From Octopus sinensis (Eukaryota): a stretch of 64,000 nucleotides of DNA. Below, piece after piece: positions 39,621 through 51,920 of this stretch; the stretch's first letter is position 1; each line of letters starts with the position of its first letter. Below the pieces are notes generated by a model. That model was not told the origin of the DNA. It searched no databases and worked only from the letters and a program-made list of their open reading frames with translations. Location: NCBI RefSeq assembly GCF_006345805.1, contig NC_043000.1, forward strand, positions 145,948,001-146,012,000. The letters are read 5' to 3'. Both the position numbers and the translations under genes were made by a program.

Positions 39621-40699
39621 GACATGGTTGAATAATAACCATAGTCTCAGTTGATCGTGCTTCGGAATTCAGCCGTAATGTGAAACAGAGATTGATTCTG
39701 TTGGGTACCTTTACAGGATGTACCTCATGACTCTACACCCACGGCCTTTCGAGCGATACTGGATGAGAAGAAGGAGTGATAGATTTGTCATCTAACCACT
39801 CAATTATCAATATCTATAATTGTGAAATTTGAATAATACCAGCAAGCCGTATTTTGTTTCTGTTGTGTAAGCCTATAAATAGTTCCTTCTGATGAAATAT
39901 AATACACGTTTCTCAACGTGAAATTCGATAATACTCAATGAAGCAAAACGGGACATGGGACAGAAGATTAATATAAGCATGTTTGAACATATTTGCTTTC
40001 ACATACCGGATCCCAATATATGTTATGGACCTGATCATATACTTCAAACAGGAAAACACTATGCAAAATATAGATGAATTATTCATACAGTGAGATGTAA
40101 GATAGGTGTTCTCATATTTCGAAATACAATGCACATTGCAATAGTGGTTCACTCCTTTGAATGAAGATGAATCTCATTCAGATGACTACAGTGGTACATT
40201 TATTTCATTTCGTGGCTCTGTCGAACACATTTTAACATATATCCTGTTCACTCTTTTACACGATGCTTTAGGATAAATTCAATCCATGCAAGAAGTCACA
40301 AAGTATAATGCAATCACAAAGGATATTATCCAGAGAATCATTTAACCGTTCATATTCAAGTATTACATGTAATGTAAAGTTAACTTATGGCAATCACTTC
40401 ACCATTCGTTTGACGAATCATCAATCTAATCTTGGCAATTCTACCGAAAAGAAATTAGATATACATGGCTAATATTCATTCTGATACTGGTATTGTGTAT
40501 GTGTGTGTGCATGTGTGAGGAATTCTGTGTATGTGTGTCTGTATTTGAGTGTATGTATGTATGTATGTATGTATGTATGTACTTATATGTAGTCTTTATT
40601 CTTTTATTCTTTTGATGGTTTCAGTCGTAGTAGTGTGGCCATTCTGGAGCGCTGCCTTATCTTATTTTGTATCCGCTGTTGTTGTCGCTTTATGGCAGG

Positions 40700-41790
40700 A
40701 TTGATCTATGATTGAGTTGTAGCAGCTGATCTTCCTTGAACAGATACTTGAATGTTTGGCTGGTCTGGTACCCTCGTAGGCATTTAATCAATATTTATTA
40801 TTTTTTTAATCTTTCAGTAGAGGTTCCCGTTATACTTCTAATTTCTTTAAGTAACCAGTCGAACACTTGAAGACCTCTAAATATGAAAAAGGTACGATAG
40901 GCTATTTTTGTTCGTGATTTCGAAGGTGATGTATTTGGAAGCTGACAGCATCTGCTAGTTCGTGTATTAAAGTTTTCTCTAATGTCGAAATTTGGAATAT
41001 GCCCCTCCAGGATTTTCAATGCGTATATGATAGTACATTTTAGTCTTCGGTGTTCAAGAAAGTTAAGACGGAGAACTGTCGGTCATTCCCAGTAATTAAG
41101 TTTTTTAATCAAAGATATTTTACTGGTGAACCTTCTTTCTATCCCTTCAATTTCTTCTATATGAGAAGTAATGAATTAGGAGATTAAAGCTGTGAGCAAA
41201 CCTGCTCTGAACTAGAGTTTCCATAGAGTTAGGATAATTACCAGTTTTCTTGCCATGAAGGTACGTAGGATCCGTCCAATGCGATGTCTACATGTAGAGG
41301 TCAGTTTGGTGATGAGGCTGATGAAAGGTGCATTATTTAACATGATTACACCCTTATGCCATGAGCACTCTGTGTTATCTGGTGTTAAATATTGTGACCA
41401 CTGTGTATTCCCTTCGTAATGAAGAACCTGAAATTTTGGTGCATTAAATTTCATATTGATTTTATCTCCCCATTGATAAATGATGTTTAACTCATTTGGG
41501 AATGCGATGGTATCTTCTGGAGTTTGGACAGCCATCGACAGTTCTGTGTCATCGATATAACTCGTTAAGTTCGCCCAGTGTAATTTTGATCCTATATCTG
41601 ATAGGGTGATGATAAATAAATTTGGTCCTAAAACCTTTGCCTCGATGTATACCAATTATTACAGGTGACTTAGCAGAGAAAAAACCATTTACAGCAACGG
41701 ATTGATTTCTACCGCGTAGGAGGTCAAGGGGCCAACCTCCAACTTTGCCAGTGACACAACGATGTTTTAACTTATGACAGATGATTCCAT
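40700..41790 (-). mobile_element. CR1-type LINE RT 3' fragment, degenerate
   Basis: GIICHKL, RNQSVAVNG, VLGPNLFII.LSDI, LTSYIDDT, NMKFNAPKFQ, ILRTF, VPDQP-like C-terminus. Confidence 0.85.
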
Positions 41791-42405
41791 AATAAATATT
41801 ATCTAAAATGTCTTCCCATTTTCCTTTATATATTGGACGAGAGGGTTTCTAAATTTTAGCAGGGATTCCTGATACATTGTTTCTTCTTAGAAATCCATAG
41901 TAAATTGGCAATGGTCGGTGCTGCTTTCGTAGCCATCGCAATTCCAGATTTTTGGTGGTGTTAAACATGATGTAATTATTATGGAGGATATATTTTATGG
42001 ATCCAATGATGAATACTTTCTTTATTCGTTCTGGTATTTCTTCTGCCAGAATCGAATTGCTTCGGACCACACGGAACAGTCACGGTCTAGGTGGTATGCT
42101 GGAATGTAAGTTGATGACATCGAATGTAACCATGAATGTTTCTTCCTTGACCTGTTCTGGGAGGTGTTTTAACATGTCCAAATCTTCTCTGATGTAACTG
42201 TTGATGTATTTTAGGTATGGCTTCAGGAGAATGTCCATGAAGCAACTTAATCGGTGGGTTTCATAGGATGGGCCAGGTATGATGGGTCGTAATTTTAGGT
42301 CTCCTGGTATTGGTGCATGTCTACATGTTTGCGGCGAGTTTTGATGGCCACGTTAATGATTGGGCTTTTATGAATTCTGGAACGACCATACAATAGACTG
42401 GATTT
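41790..42405 (-). mobile_element. Penelope-like RT fragment
   Basis: LRPIIPGPSYETHRLSCFMDILLKPYL, FDVINLHSSIP, ILHNNYIMFN, and a frameshifted GIAM..KAAPTIANL region. Confidence 0.8.
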
Positions 42406-42408
42406 ATA

Positions 42409-44085
42409 CAGCCGAAATTGCTAAGATGATCTGGTTCTGACTGATGACTGAGGGCTTCGAATGTCCCGTCCTGTGGTTCTTGTGTCGTCTCTGTGGTGTT
42501 TCATCATGTTCTTGTCCATGTCTGTAATTATATTTTACTGTTACCTATATAATCGGCGGCTACGTATCCACAATTGTCCTTATACGATAAGTATATTTTT
42601 TCTCTAGCATTGATACGACTCTTAATCTGTCTCTTTTCTCTCTCTCTCTCCTCCCTTATTCCCCTTCTTTCTTTCCCTCTCCACCCGTCTCCCCCCCCCT
42701 TCTACGTTTCTCTATCTCTCTCACCTCCAGCCCCCTCGATCTGTCTCTTTCTTCTCCTCCCTCGTCCACCTTCTCTCTCTTTTCATCTGTCCCTTTCTCC
42801 TGTCTTTTGTTCTCACGTGACCGCTAGCCGCTGTTGAGCGCTCTTTTCGTTTCAGCAGTAGCAGAAGCAACAGGTATTTGTTCGTCTCCCCGCGGCCTTT
42901 AGGCACAACTTCACAAGCCAGCCATATTCAACTCGTCCTGTCGAAAGACCTTGTCCTACGTCCTGGTTTGTTTTGTTGTTTATTTTTTATTTTTACCGTT
43001 ATTGTTTTTACGTTTTTGTATTCTTATTGGTGTCACGATTCTGTATTTTTGTTTGTGTACTTCGTTCGTTTTCCGTCCTCGTGTTGTATACATTCGAAGC
43101 TTTCTTCCAGGGTATCTAATGCGCTTGGCTTAGATTTCCCTTGGCGGGCTGCCATATCGGAGCAATCTCAGATTAATCAGCCGAAATTGCTAAGATGATC
43201 TGGTTCTTGACTGATGACTGAGGGCTTCGAATGTCCCGTCCTGTGGTTCTTGTGTCGTCTCTGTGGTGTTTCATGTTCTTGTCCATGTCTGTAATTATAT
43301 TTTACTGTTTACCTATATAATCGGCGGCTACGTATCCACAATTGTCCTTATACGATAAGTAATTTTTTCTCTAGCATTGATACGACTCTTAATCGTCTCT
43401 TTTTCTCTCTCTCTCTCCTCCCTTATTCCCCTTCCTTTCTTTCCCTCTCCACCTGTCTCCCCCCTTCTACGTTTCTCTATCTCTCTCACCTCCAGCCCCC
43501 TCGATCTGTCTCTTTCTTCTCTTCCCTCGTCCACCTTCTCTCTCTTTTCATCTGTCCCTTTCTCCTGTCTTTTGTTCTCACGTGACCGCTAGCCGCTGTT
43601 GAGCGCTCTTTTCGTTTCAGCAGTAGCAGAAGCAACACGTATTTGTTCGTCTCCCCGCGGCCTTTAGGCACAACTTCACAAGCCAGCCCCATATTCAACT
43701 CGTCCTGTCGAAAGACCCTTGTCCTACGTCCTGGTTTTGTTTTTGTGTATTTTTTTTTTATTTTTACCGTTATTGTTTTTACGTTTTTTATTCTTATTGG
43801 TGTCACGTATTCTGTATTTTTGTTTGTGTACTTCGTTCGTTTTCCGTCCTCGTGTTTTGTACATTCGAAGCTTTCTTCCAGGGTATCTAATGCGCTTGGC
43901 TTAGATTCCCTTGGCGGGCTGGCCATATCGGAGCAATCTCAAGATTAATCAGCCGAAATTGCTAAGATGATCTGGTTCTTGACTGATGACTGAGGGCTTC
44001 GAATGTCCCGTCCTGTGGTTCTTGTGTCGTCTCTGTGGTGTTTCATGTTCTTGTCCATGTCTGTAATTATATTCTACTGTTTACC

Positions 44086-44088
<3 letters not shown>
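42409..44088 (+). repeat. ~771-bp tandem repeat (about 2.2 units), pLTR-like, inverted relative to the adjacent PLE RT
   Basis: CTGATGA anchors at 42441, 43211 and 43983. Pyrimidine tracts and the ...ccgtcctcgtg... segment resemble the other pLTRs in the window. Confidence 0.85.
43932..43998 (+). ncRNA. candidate permuted-order hammerhead ribozyme
   Basis: AGCAAT-C-TCAAGA ... AGCC-GAAA-TTGCT ... TCTTGA-CTGATGA: 6-bp stem III and 6-bp stem I in exact core register. Second copy at 43161-43226. Confidence 0.4.
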
Positions 44089-44157
<69 letters not shown>

Positions 44158-45022
44158 CATATATGTATGTATGCATATAAATTCTTACACCCCCGCGCAA
44201 GCAAATATATAAACATGTATTTCTATCAACAAACATTCCAAAACTCACCTTCTCTCTCTGTCATCATCCCCTTTTTATCAAAGGCTATGTCTTATACCTC
44301 ATTAACCCCCACCCTACCCCCGACACACACCTAAACCCATGTTTAACATAGAAAAGTGCTGACGTTTCTCTTTATGAAATTAGGATAGTTGATTCAGCCA
44401 TACGAAAAGAATTTGAAAGAAATCTGACAATTATATTTTCCCAAAAGTCATCTAATCAATGGGAATCAGCAGGAGGGTACTTTTACAAGCCCTTCTTAAA
44501 GCATTCTTTAAACACCCCTCCACCTCCCAACTCCACTCTTAATCAATTATCTTGTTTTAAACATTCCCTGTTTTGCTTCAGCCCTTGTTCACTCCCGTAT
44601 ATATTAACAAATACCCACCCTACGTCAGACACAACCAAATCTCTTATATATAGAATAACACAGCACAGTTTGACAATTGCCGCCGACGAACGCGAGAAAT
44701 TCTCCACAAAAGTTAATAGGGAATCTTTCAAAAATCTCCCTACCAAAGTCAAATAACTTAATAGATCTACGATCTAAAATGTTTAACTATATTTGAAAAT
44801 TGAATTTAATTTTTCGTCGAATACATCGACACCACAAGACTTATTTTTTAAGCCTCGCACTTATTCTATCTCTCTCTCTCTTTTGCCGAATCTGTACGTT
44901 ACAGGGATTTAAACACACCAACACCTATTGTCAAGCCATAATGGGGTCAAACACGGACACAAACACACACACACACACCTACACACACACACACATACAC
45001 AGACACACACAACCACACACAC

Positions 45023-45093
<71 letters not shown>

Positions 45094-45434
45094 GTTAATC
45101 CAAACAAGAAAACACAGAAAAAAAGAGAAAAAAAAACACACCAACGCAGGACGTGGAACAATTAAAGTATTATTGACGCTAAATTCATCTTACGTTGGAA
45201 GTCAGTAAAGTTTGCTTTTGAAGAATTGAGATGTATTAAAATATACAGATAAGGAAATAATTTAATCCTCAAACGTAGGATGATGCTAATAATATAGAAT
45301 AAACAGGATAAACTCTCCATATTTTGCAGAAGAATCTGATTACCGACAGATTGCACTGCAAAATATAGATAGTTTATCCTGTTTATGCTTTTTTGTTAGT
45401 ATAATCCTGTGTTTGAATATAAAATTATTTCCTT

Positions 45435-45466
<32 letters not shown>

Positions 45467-45574
45467 TGGCCTGCTCGCTTAGCCAACGGGGTGGCGTCGC
45501 ACGAAGGCTAAAACAATGTGAAGCGCATTGTGACCAGCGATGTGTAGCAATATCTGATTGCCTGGTCGGTCACG

Positions 45575-45617
<43 letters not shown>

Positions 45618-45710
45618 GCAAGTTTTCTTAAGGCATTTCAGGAATATATATTTTGAGCCATTGCTACATATTTTGCTAATATTGTATAATCTTGTTTTCA
45701 GAAAATAATA

Positions 45711-46745
45711 ATGGTGGAGCCTCAGCTTACTTAAGAAATGAAGAGACATGCTGTTATTGTGGTCATAAATGCTGAGCATAGCGATTTAGAAATGTCTCGA
45801 TTTTTAAAAGTTGCTTGATCTTTCGTCTACAAACTTTGAAAGGCTAAAGATTGAAACGTATCGCCTGCAACAAAGAATAAAAACATTTTAAACGCTCTGA
45901 AATCATCAGAACACCTGAAGTTATCCAGCAAGTTCAACATACGATTGATTACAATCCCAGAAATTCCATGACGCCAATTGCAAAAGATCTCTACATTTAC
46001 ATCTAAAATACTTTTAAACAAACTGAAAAATCCAGCAGAAGCAAATTTGATTGGTTTTTCTCAAACGAGATGAAAGTTAACAGAAGAAACGACAGATGGT
46101 TATGTGCAGACCCTTCTGAATTTCCAAGTGTTATTGCATACTAAATTTCCTGTAACTCTCTTGATTTTAGGGATTGTCAGCAATGAAGGGCATGTCATGA
46201 CTCCTTACTTCTTTTGACAAGGCCTTATAGTTAACTCTGCCACCTATATTGAGGTCCTGGAAATAACTGTTAAGCCCTGGATAGATGGAGTATGCAATGG
46301 AAGGCTATATGTGTTTCAGTAAGACTCTGCACTATCACACATGGCTCTAGTAACACAGGAATTGATGGCTGAAAATGTTCATGATCACGCAACCCCTAAC
46401 ATTTGGTCTCCTAACTACCCAGATCTCAATCCACTGGACTATTACATGTGAAGCGTTGTTGAGAGAGAGTCAATGAACAGGCCCATAACACCAAAGCTTC
46501 TTTGAAAGCTTCCATAGTGAGATTTATGTCCAAAACGAACCAGAACCACTTGATTCGAGCATGTAGATGATTTAGATCTCATATAGAAGCAGTTATTGAG
46601 GCTGAAGGTAGCTTTATCGAATAACATTATAGAAAAGAAGGTGTATTTTTATCCTCATAGCAGTTTTTGTTAAGGTTATTATTTGTTATTGTTTATCTCT
46701 TTTTAGAAACATAAATCAGTCCTCAAATATCTTTCGCACCCTGTA
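45711..46745 (+). mobile_element. maT (DD37D) mariner-like transposon, degenerate, left TIR not seen
   Basis: MKRHAVIV..., KVNRRNDRWL, V.N.GHVM, FQ.DSA..H, W.PN.PDLNPLDY with 37 residues between D (46323) and D (46437). Right end gcaccctg+TA at 46736-46745. Confidence 0.88.
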
Positions 46746-46776
46746 TATATGTATATATATACATATATACACACAC

Positions 46777-46809
<33 letters not shown>

Positions 46810-46811
46810 AT

Positions 46812-47110
46812 AATTTTAATCCAAACGGGAAACAAAAAAACAACAACAATGGAACAATTACAGTATTATTATTAATAGGCGCTCAGGAAAAGGAAGCAGG
46901 GAGGTATGACGTTTCGAGCGGAGCTCTTCGTCGGAAACATAAAGAAGGAAGAGAGAGGAAAGAAAGATCCCAGAGCGGGCAACAGGGAAAGAGAAAAAAG
47001 ACGACTGGTGTTTACGAGTTGCACATGGTGAAAGGCGGATGTTTACGAAAACAGAGCAAAGTGGGTTTTTAAAGGCAAAAGAGTGGAGACAAGGTTGGTA
47101 ACGCAACAGA
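46812..47110 (-). mobile_element. Penelope pseudo-LTR (probable 3' pLTR of the 49866-51669 element)
   Basis: Homologous to 45095-45180, 51765-51920 and 54952-55145; contains a hammerhead. Confidence 0.7.
46904..46938 (-). ncRNA. minimal PLE-type hammerhead motif (U4C variant)
   Basis: gttt-CCGACGA-A-GAGC-tcc-GCTC-GAAA-CG-TC-atac. Confidence 0.6.
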
Positions 47111-49840
47111 TGTGTGTGTATGTGTGAGTGTGTGCGTGTGCGTGTGTGTATGTGTGTGTGTGAGGCGAGATGAAAAAACAAAAAAATATATATATGTGTG
47201 TGTTAGTGTGTGCGTCTGTGTGTAGGCGTGTGAGGTAGGGCGAGATAGTGGTCAGCTTAGCAGACAAAGGTCAGTAGTAAGAAAAAGAAGGAAGGAGGAA
47301 GGGAGGGAGGGGAAGGGGTGGGGGCGTATGTAGCGTGCCAGCGTTTGTTGAGTAGTACTGTGTGTGTGTGTCCAGTGTCGTGGTGGTATAAATGGCGAGT
47401 AGATTGCATGTGTGTAAGAGTAATGTATATATTTAAGCAATGTGTGTATATGTGTGCGCGTGTGTGTAACGGAAAAGGGGGGGGGTTAAGGAAAAAGGAC
47501 TCCAGCTGAGGGGAAGGAAGAAGAGTAGTGGTCCCGCGGAGGAGGGCGTGGGAAAACCCAACGACACGCGACGGTCCAGGAAGGAACGGGCGGGAGGTCT
47601 TGTCGGTTCCAAGAGCGAGGTGCCTGCGGAGCGTATGCGTACGCGAACCGGCGCAAGCGCGTGCGTGCGCGAGCCTGCGAGTATGTGCGTAAGTATGTAT
47701 GTGTGTGGATGTGTGAGTGTGTCTGTGTGTATGTCCGGGTGGCAGTGTGTCCGATGAATGTATGTGAGTATGTGTGTATGTATGTGTGTGCATAGATGTA
47801 TGTCCGTGTGTGTGTGTGTGTGTGTATGTGTGTGAGTGTGTATGTATGTACGTGTGGGTGTGGGGAAGTATGTGCATGTGTGTGCGCGTACATACAGGTG
47901 TGTGAGTGAGTGTGTGTGTGTATGTATGTGTGAGTGTGTATGTATATGTGTGTGTAGGATGCATGTATGTGTATGGGGGTGTATGTATGCGTGTGTTGTA
48001 TGTATGTATGTGTACGTGCGTGTGTGTGTGTGTATGCGTGTAGGTGTGCGCGTGTGCATGCATGCATGCATGCATGTGCGTATGTGTGTGTGTGTGTGCA
48101 TGTGTGTGGGTATATATGTATGTGCGTATATGTGTGTGTGTGTGCGTACATGTGTGTGGTGTGTGATGCATGTGTGTGTATGTAGGTGTGTGGGCGTGTG
48201 TGTATAGGTGTATGTATGTAAGTATGTATGGGTGTGTCCGTGTATGTGTGTGTATGTATGTGTGTGTATGTAGGTGTGTGGGCGTGTGTATATGTGTGTG
48301 TATGTAGGTGTGTGGGCGTGTGTATATAGGTGTATGTGTGTATGTCTGGGTGTGTCCGTGCATGTTTGTGTGTGTGTGTGTGTGTATGCATGTGTATGTA
48401 GGTGTGTGTGTACGTGTGTAATGTATGTGTGTATGCGTGTGTATGCGTGTGTATGCGTGCGTGTGTGTATGTAGGTGCGTGTGTATGTGTGTGGGAGTGT
48501 AGGTGTGTGTGTGCGTGTGCGTGTGCGTGTTTATGTTGTGTGTGCGTATGTGAGTGTGGTGTATGGGTGTTTGTCATGCATGTGTGTGCGCGTGCAGGTG
48601 AGTGTGTGTGTAAGTATGTGTGTGTGTATGTTGTGTGAGTGTGTATGTGTGTATGTCTGTGTGTATGTATGTGCGTATAGGAGTATGTGGGTATGTGTGT
48701 GTGTATGTATATGGGTGTATGTATGTATGTATGTGTGTGTGTGTGCATGTGTATAAGTATATGTGTGTGTGCGTATGTGTGTATATGTGTATGTGTCTGT
48801 GTTTATGTATGTGTGTATGTATGTGTGTAGGCGTGTGTGTGTAGATGTATGTATGGGTGTGTGTCCGTGTTGTGGTGTGTGTGTGTAGGTAGATGTGTGT
48901 GTCTGAGTGAGGGTATGGCTGTGTAGGTGTGTGTGTGTATGAATGTAAGTGTGTGTGTATACAAGTGTAATGTATGTATGTGGGTGTGTTGTGTATGTGT
49001 ACGTGTGCGTGTGTATGTGTGTGTGTTGTATGCGTGTGGTGTGAGTGTATGGGTGTATGTCTGTGTGTATGTCTGAAGTAGGTATGTATGTGTATGTATG
49101 TATGTGTGTGTGTGTGCAGGTATGTGTGTGTATGGTGTGTGTGAGTAGGTGTGCGTGTATGTATGTGGGTAGGGATGCATGCGAGTGTGTGGGTATGTAT
49201 GCATACATACGCACGCGCACATCCGAAGCAAGCCCACACACACGAAGCGCGCCCACGCACACAACGCACAAGCAGTACAACGCAAGCCCAAGGGGCCGAC
49301 CAAGCCCCCAGCGCGCGCCAAGGGCGCGAGCGCAAAGGCCCTCGAACGCCCCGCTACGCGGGAACCGAGGATCCATCAGCCAAAAACCGGAAAGCAGAAA
49401 GAGGGGGGCTGCCTGGATGCAAAAAGGTGTATGTGTGTGTGCATTCAGTGTAAGGGTGTGCATGTGTAGGTATGTATGTATGTATGTGCCTACATGTATG
49501 TTTGCATGTGTGTGTGTGAAGTATGTACGTGCGGTGGTGTGTGTGAGTGTGTGTGTATGTATGTGCGTATGTATGTGTGTGTGTATGTGTGTATGTGTCT
49601 GTGTGTGTGTGTGTGTGTAAGTATGTATGTGTGTGCGTATGTATGTATGTGTGTGTGTATGTGCATGTTGGTTTGTATGTTAGTGTGTGTTAGTATGTCT
49701 GTAAGTGTGTGTGATTAAATGTGTGAATGTATTACGTAGATGGGTCTACGTATGTGTGTGTGTGAACAGGCGTGTGGGAGGTAGGTGGGTGGGTGGGTGT
49801 GGGAGGTAGGTGGGTGGGTGGGTGTGAGTGGTGTGTCCCA
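47110..49840. repeat. ~2.7-kb imperfect (TG/TATG)n tract with two GC-rich islands
   Basis: Direct reading; islands at about 47480-47690 and 49200-49430. Confidence 0.9.
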
Positions 49841-49865
49841 CAAAAAAAAAAAAAAAAAACGGATC

Positions 49866-51669
49866 TCAAGAGGAGAGGGCTGTGTTAAGTCCGTGTGGGG
49901 TGGTAGTTTGTAGGGTGAAGATGTAGCGTTGCTCCAGTGGAGCCTGGAAAGTGGGCGACCATGGTGGGGGGGGCGAGACCAAACACTGAGATGTCATCTA
50001 GGGAATGGCCGGCCGAGCGGAAGTGGCGTGCGACGGGAGAAAGAGAGTGTAGGCGAACGTCCCTCAAGTGTTCAGTGAAACGGTCGGACAACCGGCGTCC
50101 CGTCTGTCCCACATACAGCATCCCGCATAGGTTGCATTTAATGCAGTAAATAAGGCCAGACGAGGTGCACGTAAAAGAGTGCCTAATGCGTACAGTGTGC
50201 AGGTTGGAGCCGGTGACAGCGGTGGTGTTGGTGATGAAGGGGCAAGTGTTGTGCAACGGGATCTAGAGCAAGGGAATGATCCGTGTGGGGCTGAGGGGAA
50301 GGAGAGAGGGTGCTGTGGACCAGGAGGTCACGCAGATTGCGGGCTCGTTTGAAAGAGGACAGGGGTAGGTTAGGGAAAATGGGGCGGGTGGTGGGATCAA
50401 GCTGGAGGCGACGGAAGGCACGTAGTATCTTGCGACGAAGGGGTAGGGTAGAGGGGTGGAAAAGGAGGGGGAAGGGGGTGCGGTTGGGGGGTGGGGGGGG
50501 TGGGCGGGAAGGGAGAGACAGGGCGGTAGTGCGGTCGATGCGACGGGCGCGGGTGAGGGCATCAGAGAGGAGTATGGGTGGGTAACCTCGGAGTCTGAAC
50601 ATGCGGGCCAGGTATTGAGATTGGGTCTCGAAATCCTGGTCGCGGCTGCACAAACGTCGGAGGCGGAGGAACTGGGAGTAGGGGATGGCTCGTTTGTGTG
50701 GAAGGGGTGGGAGGAAGAGAAGTTGAGATAGAGGTGGGAATCCGTAGGTTTAAAAAAGGCGGTGGTGGTGAGAGAGCTGGAGGGGTGATCGATGCGGAGA
50801 GAGATGTCAAGGAAGTTGACTGAGGTGTTGGAGATGGTGGAGGTGAATTGAAGAGAGGGGTGAAAGTTGGAAAGGAAAGAGATGAATTGGCAGAGAAGTT
50901 CGCGGGAAAGGGAGGTGGCACCTACGCAGTCGTCGATATAGCGACCGTATAGTTCGGGGGTCGCCCAGAGAACTGGGAGAACACTTGGGCCTCAATGTAG
51001 CCAAGAAAGAGATTGGCGAAATTGGGGCCCATCCTAGTTCCCATCGCGACCCGGACACCTGTTGGTACGTTTCCCCGGCGAACGTGAAGCAATTGAGGTG
51101 TGAGGACGAGCTCAGCCAACCGGAGAAGGGTGGGGGTGCTGGGGGTGGGGTCGGGAGACGGTCGAGGAAGTGTTGGAGGGCTAGGAGACCGTCATTGTGG
51201 GGAATCACTGTGTACAGGGATTTTACATCTAAAGTGAAGAGGAGGTGTGAGGGGCTGGAAGGGAAGGAAAAGGAATTGAAGAGAGGGAGGGCGTGGTTGG
51301 TGTCGTGTATGTGGGATGGGAGGGCTGCGACTAAGGGGGACATGATGCGGTCGAGGTATAGGGAGATGAGTTCAGTGGGGCAATTACAGGCAGAGACTAT
51401 GGGACGGCCAGGATTAGAGGGTATGGATCTTGGGAAGGAAGTAGATGGTGGAGGTGCGGGGGTGTGCGGACGATGAGGTTGGTGGCGGTGAGGGGGAGAG
51501 CGGAGGATGAGATGAGGTCGTGGATGGTGGAGGACACTCGCTCGTTGGTAGGAGAGGTGGGATCGGAGGGGAGGAGGCGATAGAAGAGTGGATTTTGAAG
51601 CTGGTTGAGCGCTTCCTCCCTGTATAGGTCCGCGCGCCACACTACCACTGCCCCGCCTTTGTCCGCCGA
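49866..51669 (-). mobile_element. Penelope-like element (Neptune-type), 5'-truncated RT + GIY-YIG ORF with frameshifts
   Basis: ADKGGAVVVW, GRPIVSACNCPTE, LDVKSLYTVIP, VAMGTRMGPNFANLF, GRYIDD, IPYSQFLRLRR, Cys linker CSRSRC..TC, IYCIKCNLCGMLYVGQTGRRL.DRF.EH, HF...GH, T..PHGLN, stop at 49866. Confidence 0.93.
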
Positions 51670-51764
51670 TATATATATATATATATTATAGAAGGAGCTT
51701 CTACAGGACTAGAACTGTTTCATTCAAAAGAAATCATCAGGAAGCTCTGATATATATATATCTC

Positions 51765-51920
51765 AAAAAGCAAAAAACAACAACGTGAGGACGTAGTACA
51801 TGCAAAGTATTAGCAGACGCTCAGGGAAGGAAAGAAAGGCGGTTTTACGTTTCAGAAACAGGAGAGAGAGGAAAGTTCAAGAGGAAAGGAAGACGGAGGA
51901 AAATAATCGCCAACGATCCA
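51765..51920 (-). mobile_element. Penelope pLTR fragment with deleted hammerhead core
   Basis: gttt-CTG[17-nt deletion]AAACGTA-aaac at 51843-51859; flanks match the other pLTR copies. Confidence 0.65.

Noticed and set aside
44581-44650. PLFTPVYINKYPPYVRHNQISYI resembles the 53126 exon peptide
   Set aside because: The opposite strand of the same DNA gives an equally loose match to a different exon, the frame ends in a stop, and there is no donor. Probably AT-composition chance.
50183-51476. Plus-strand ORFs over the PLE (e.g. 50985-51476) and similar antisense ORFs over the LINEs
   Set aside because: Shadow frames of GC-rich TE coding sequence.
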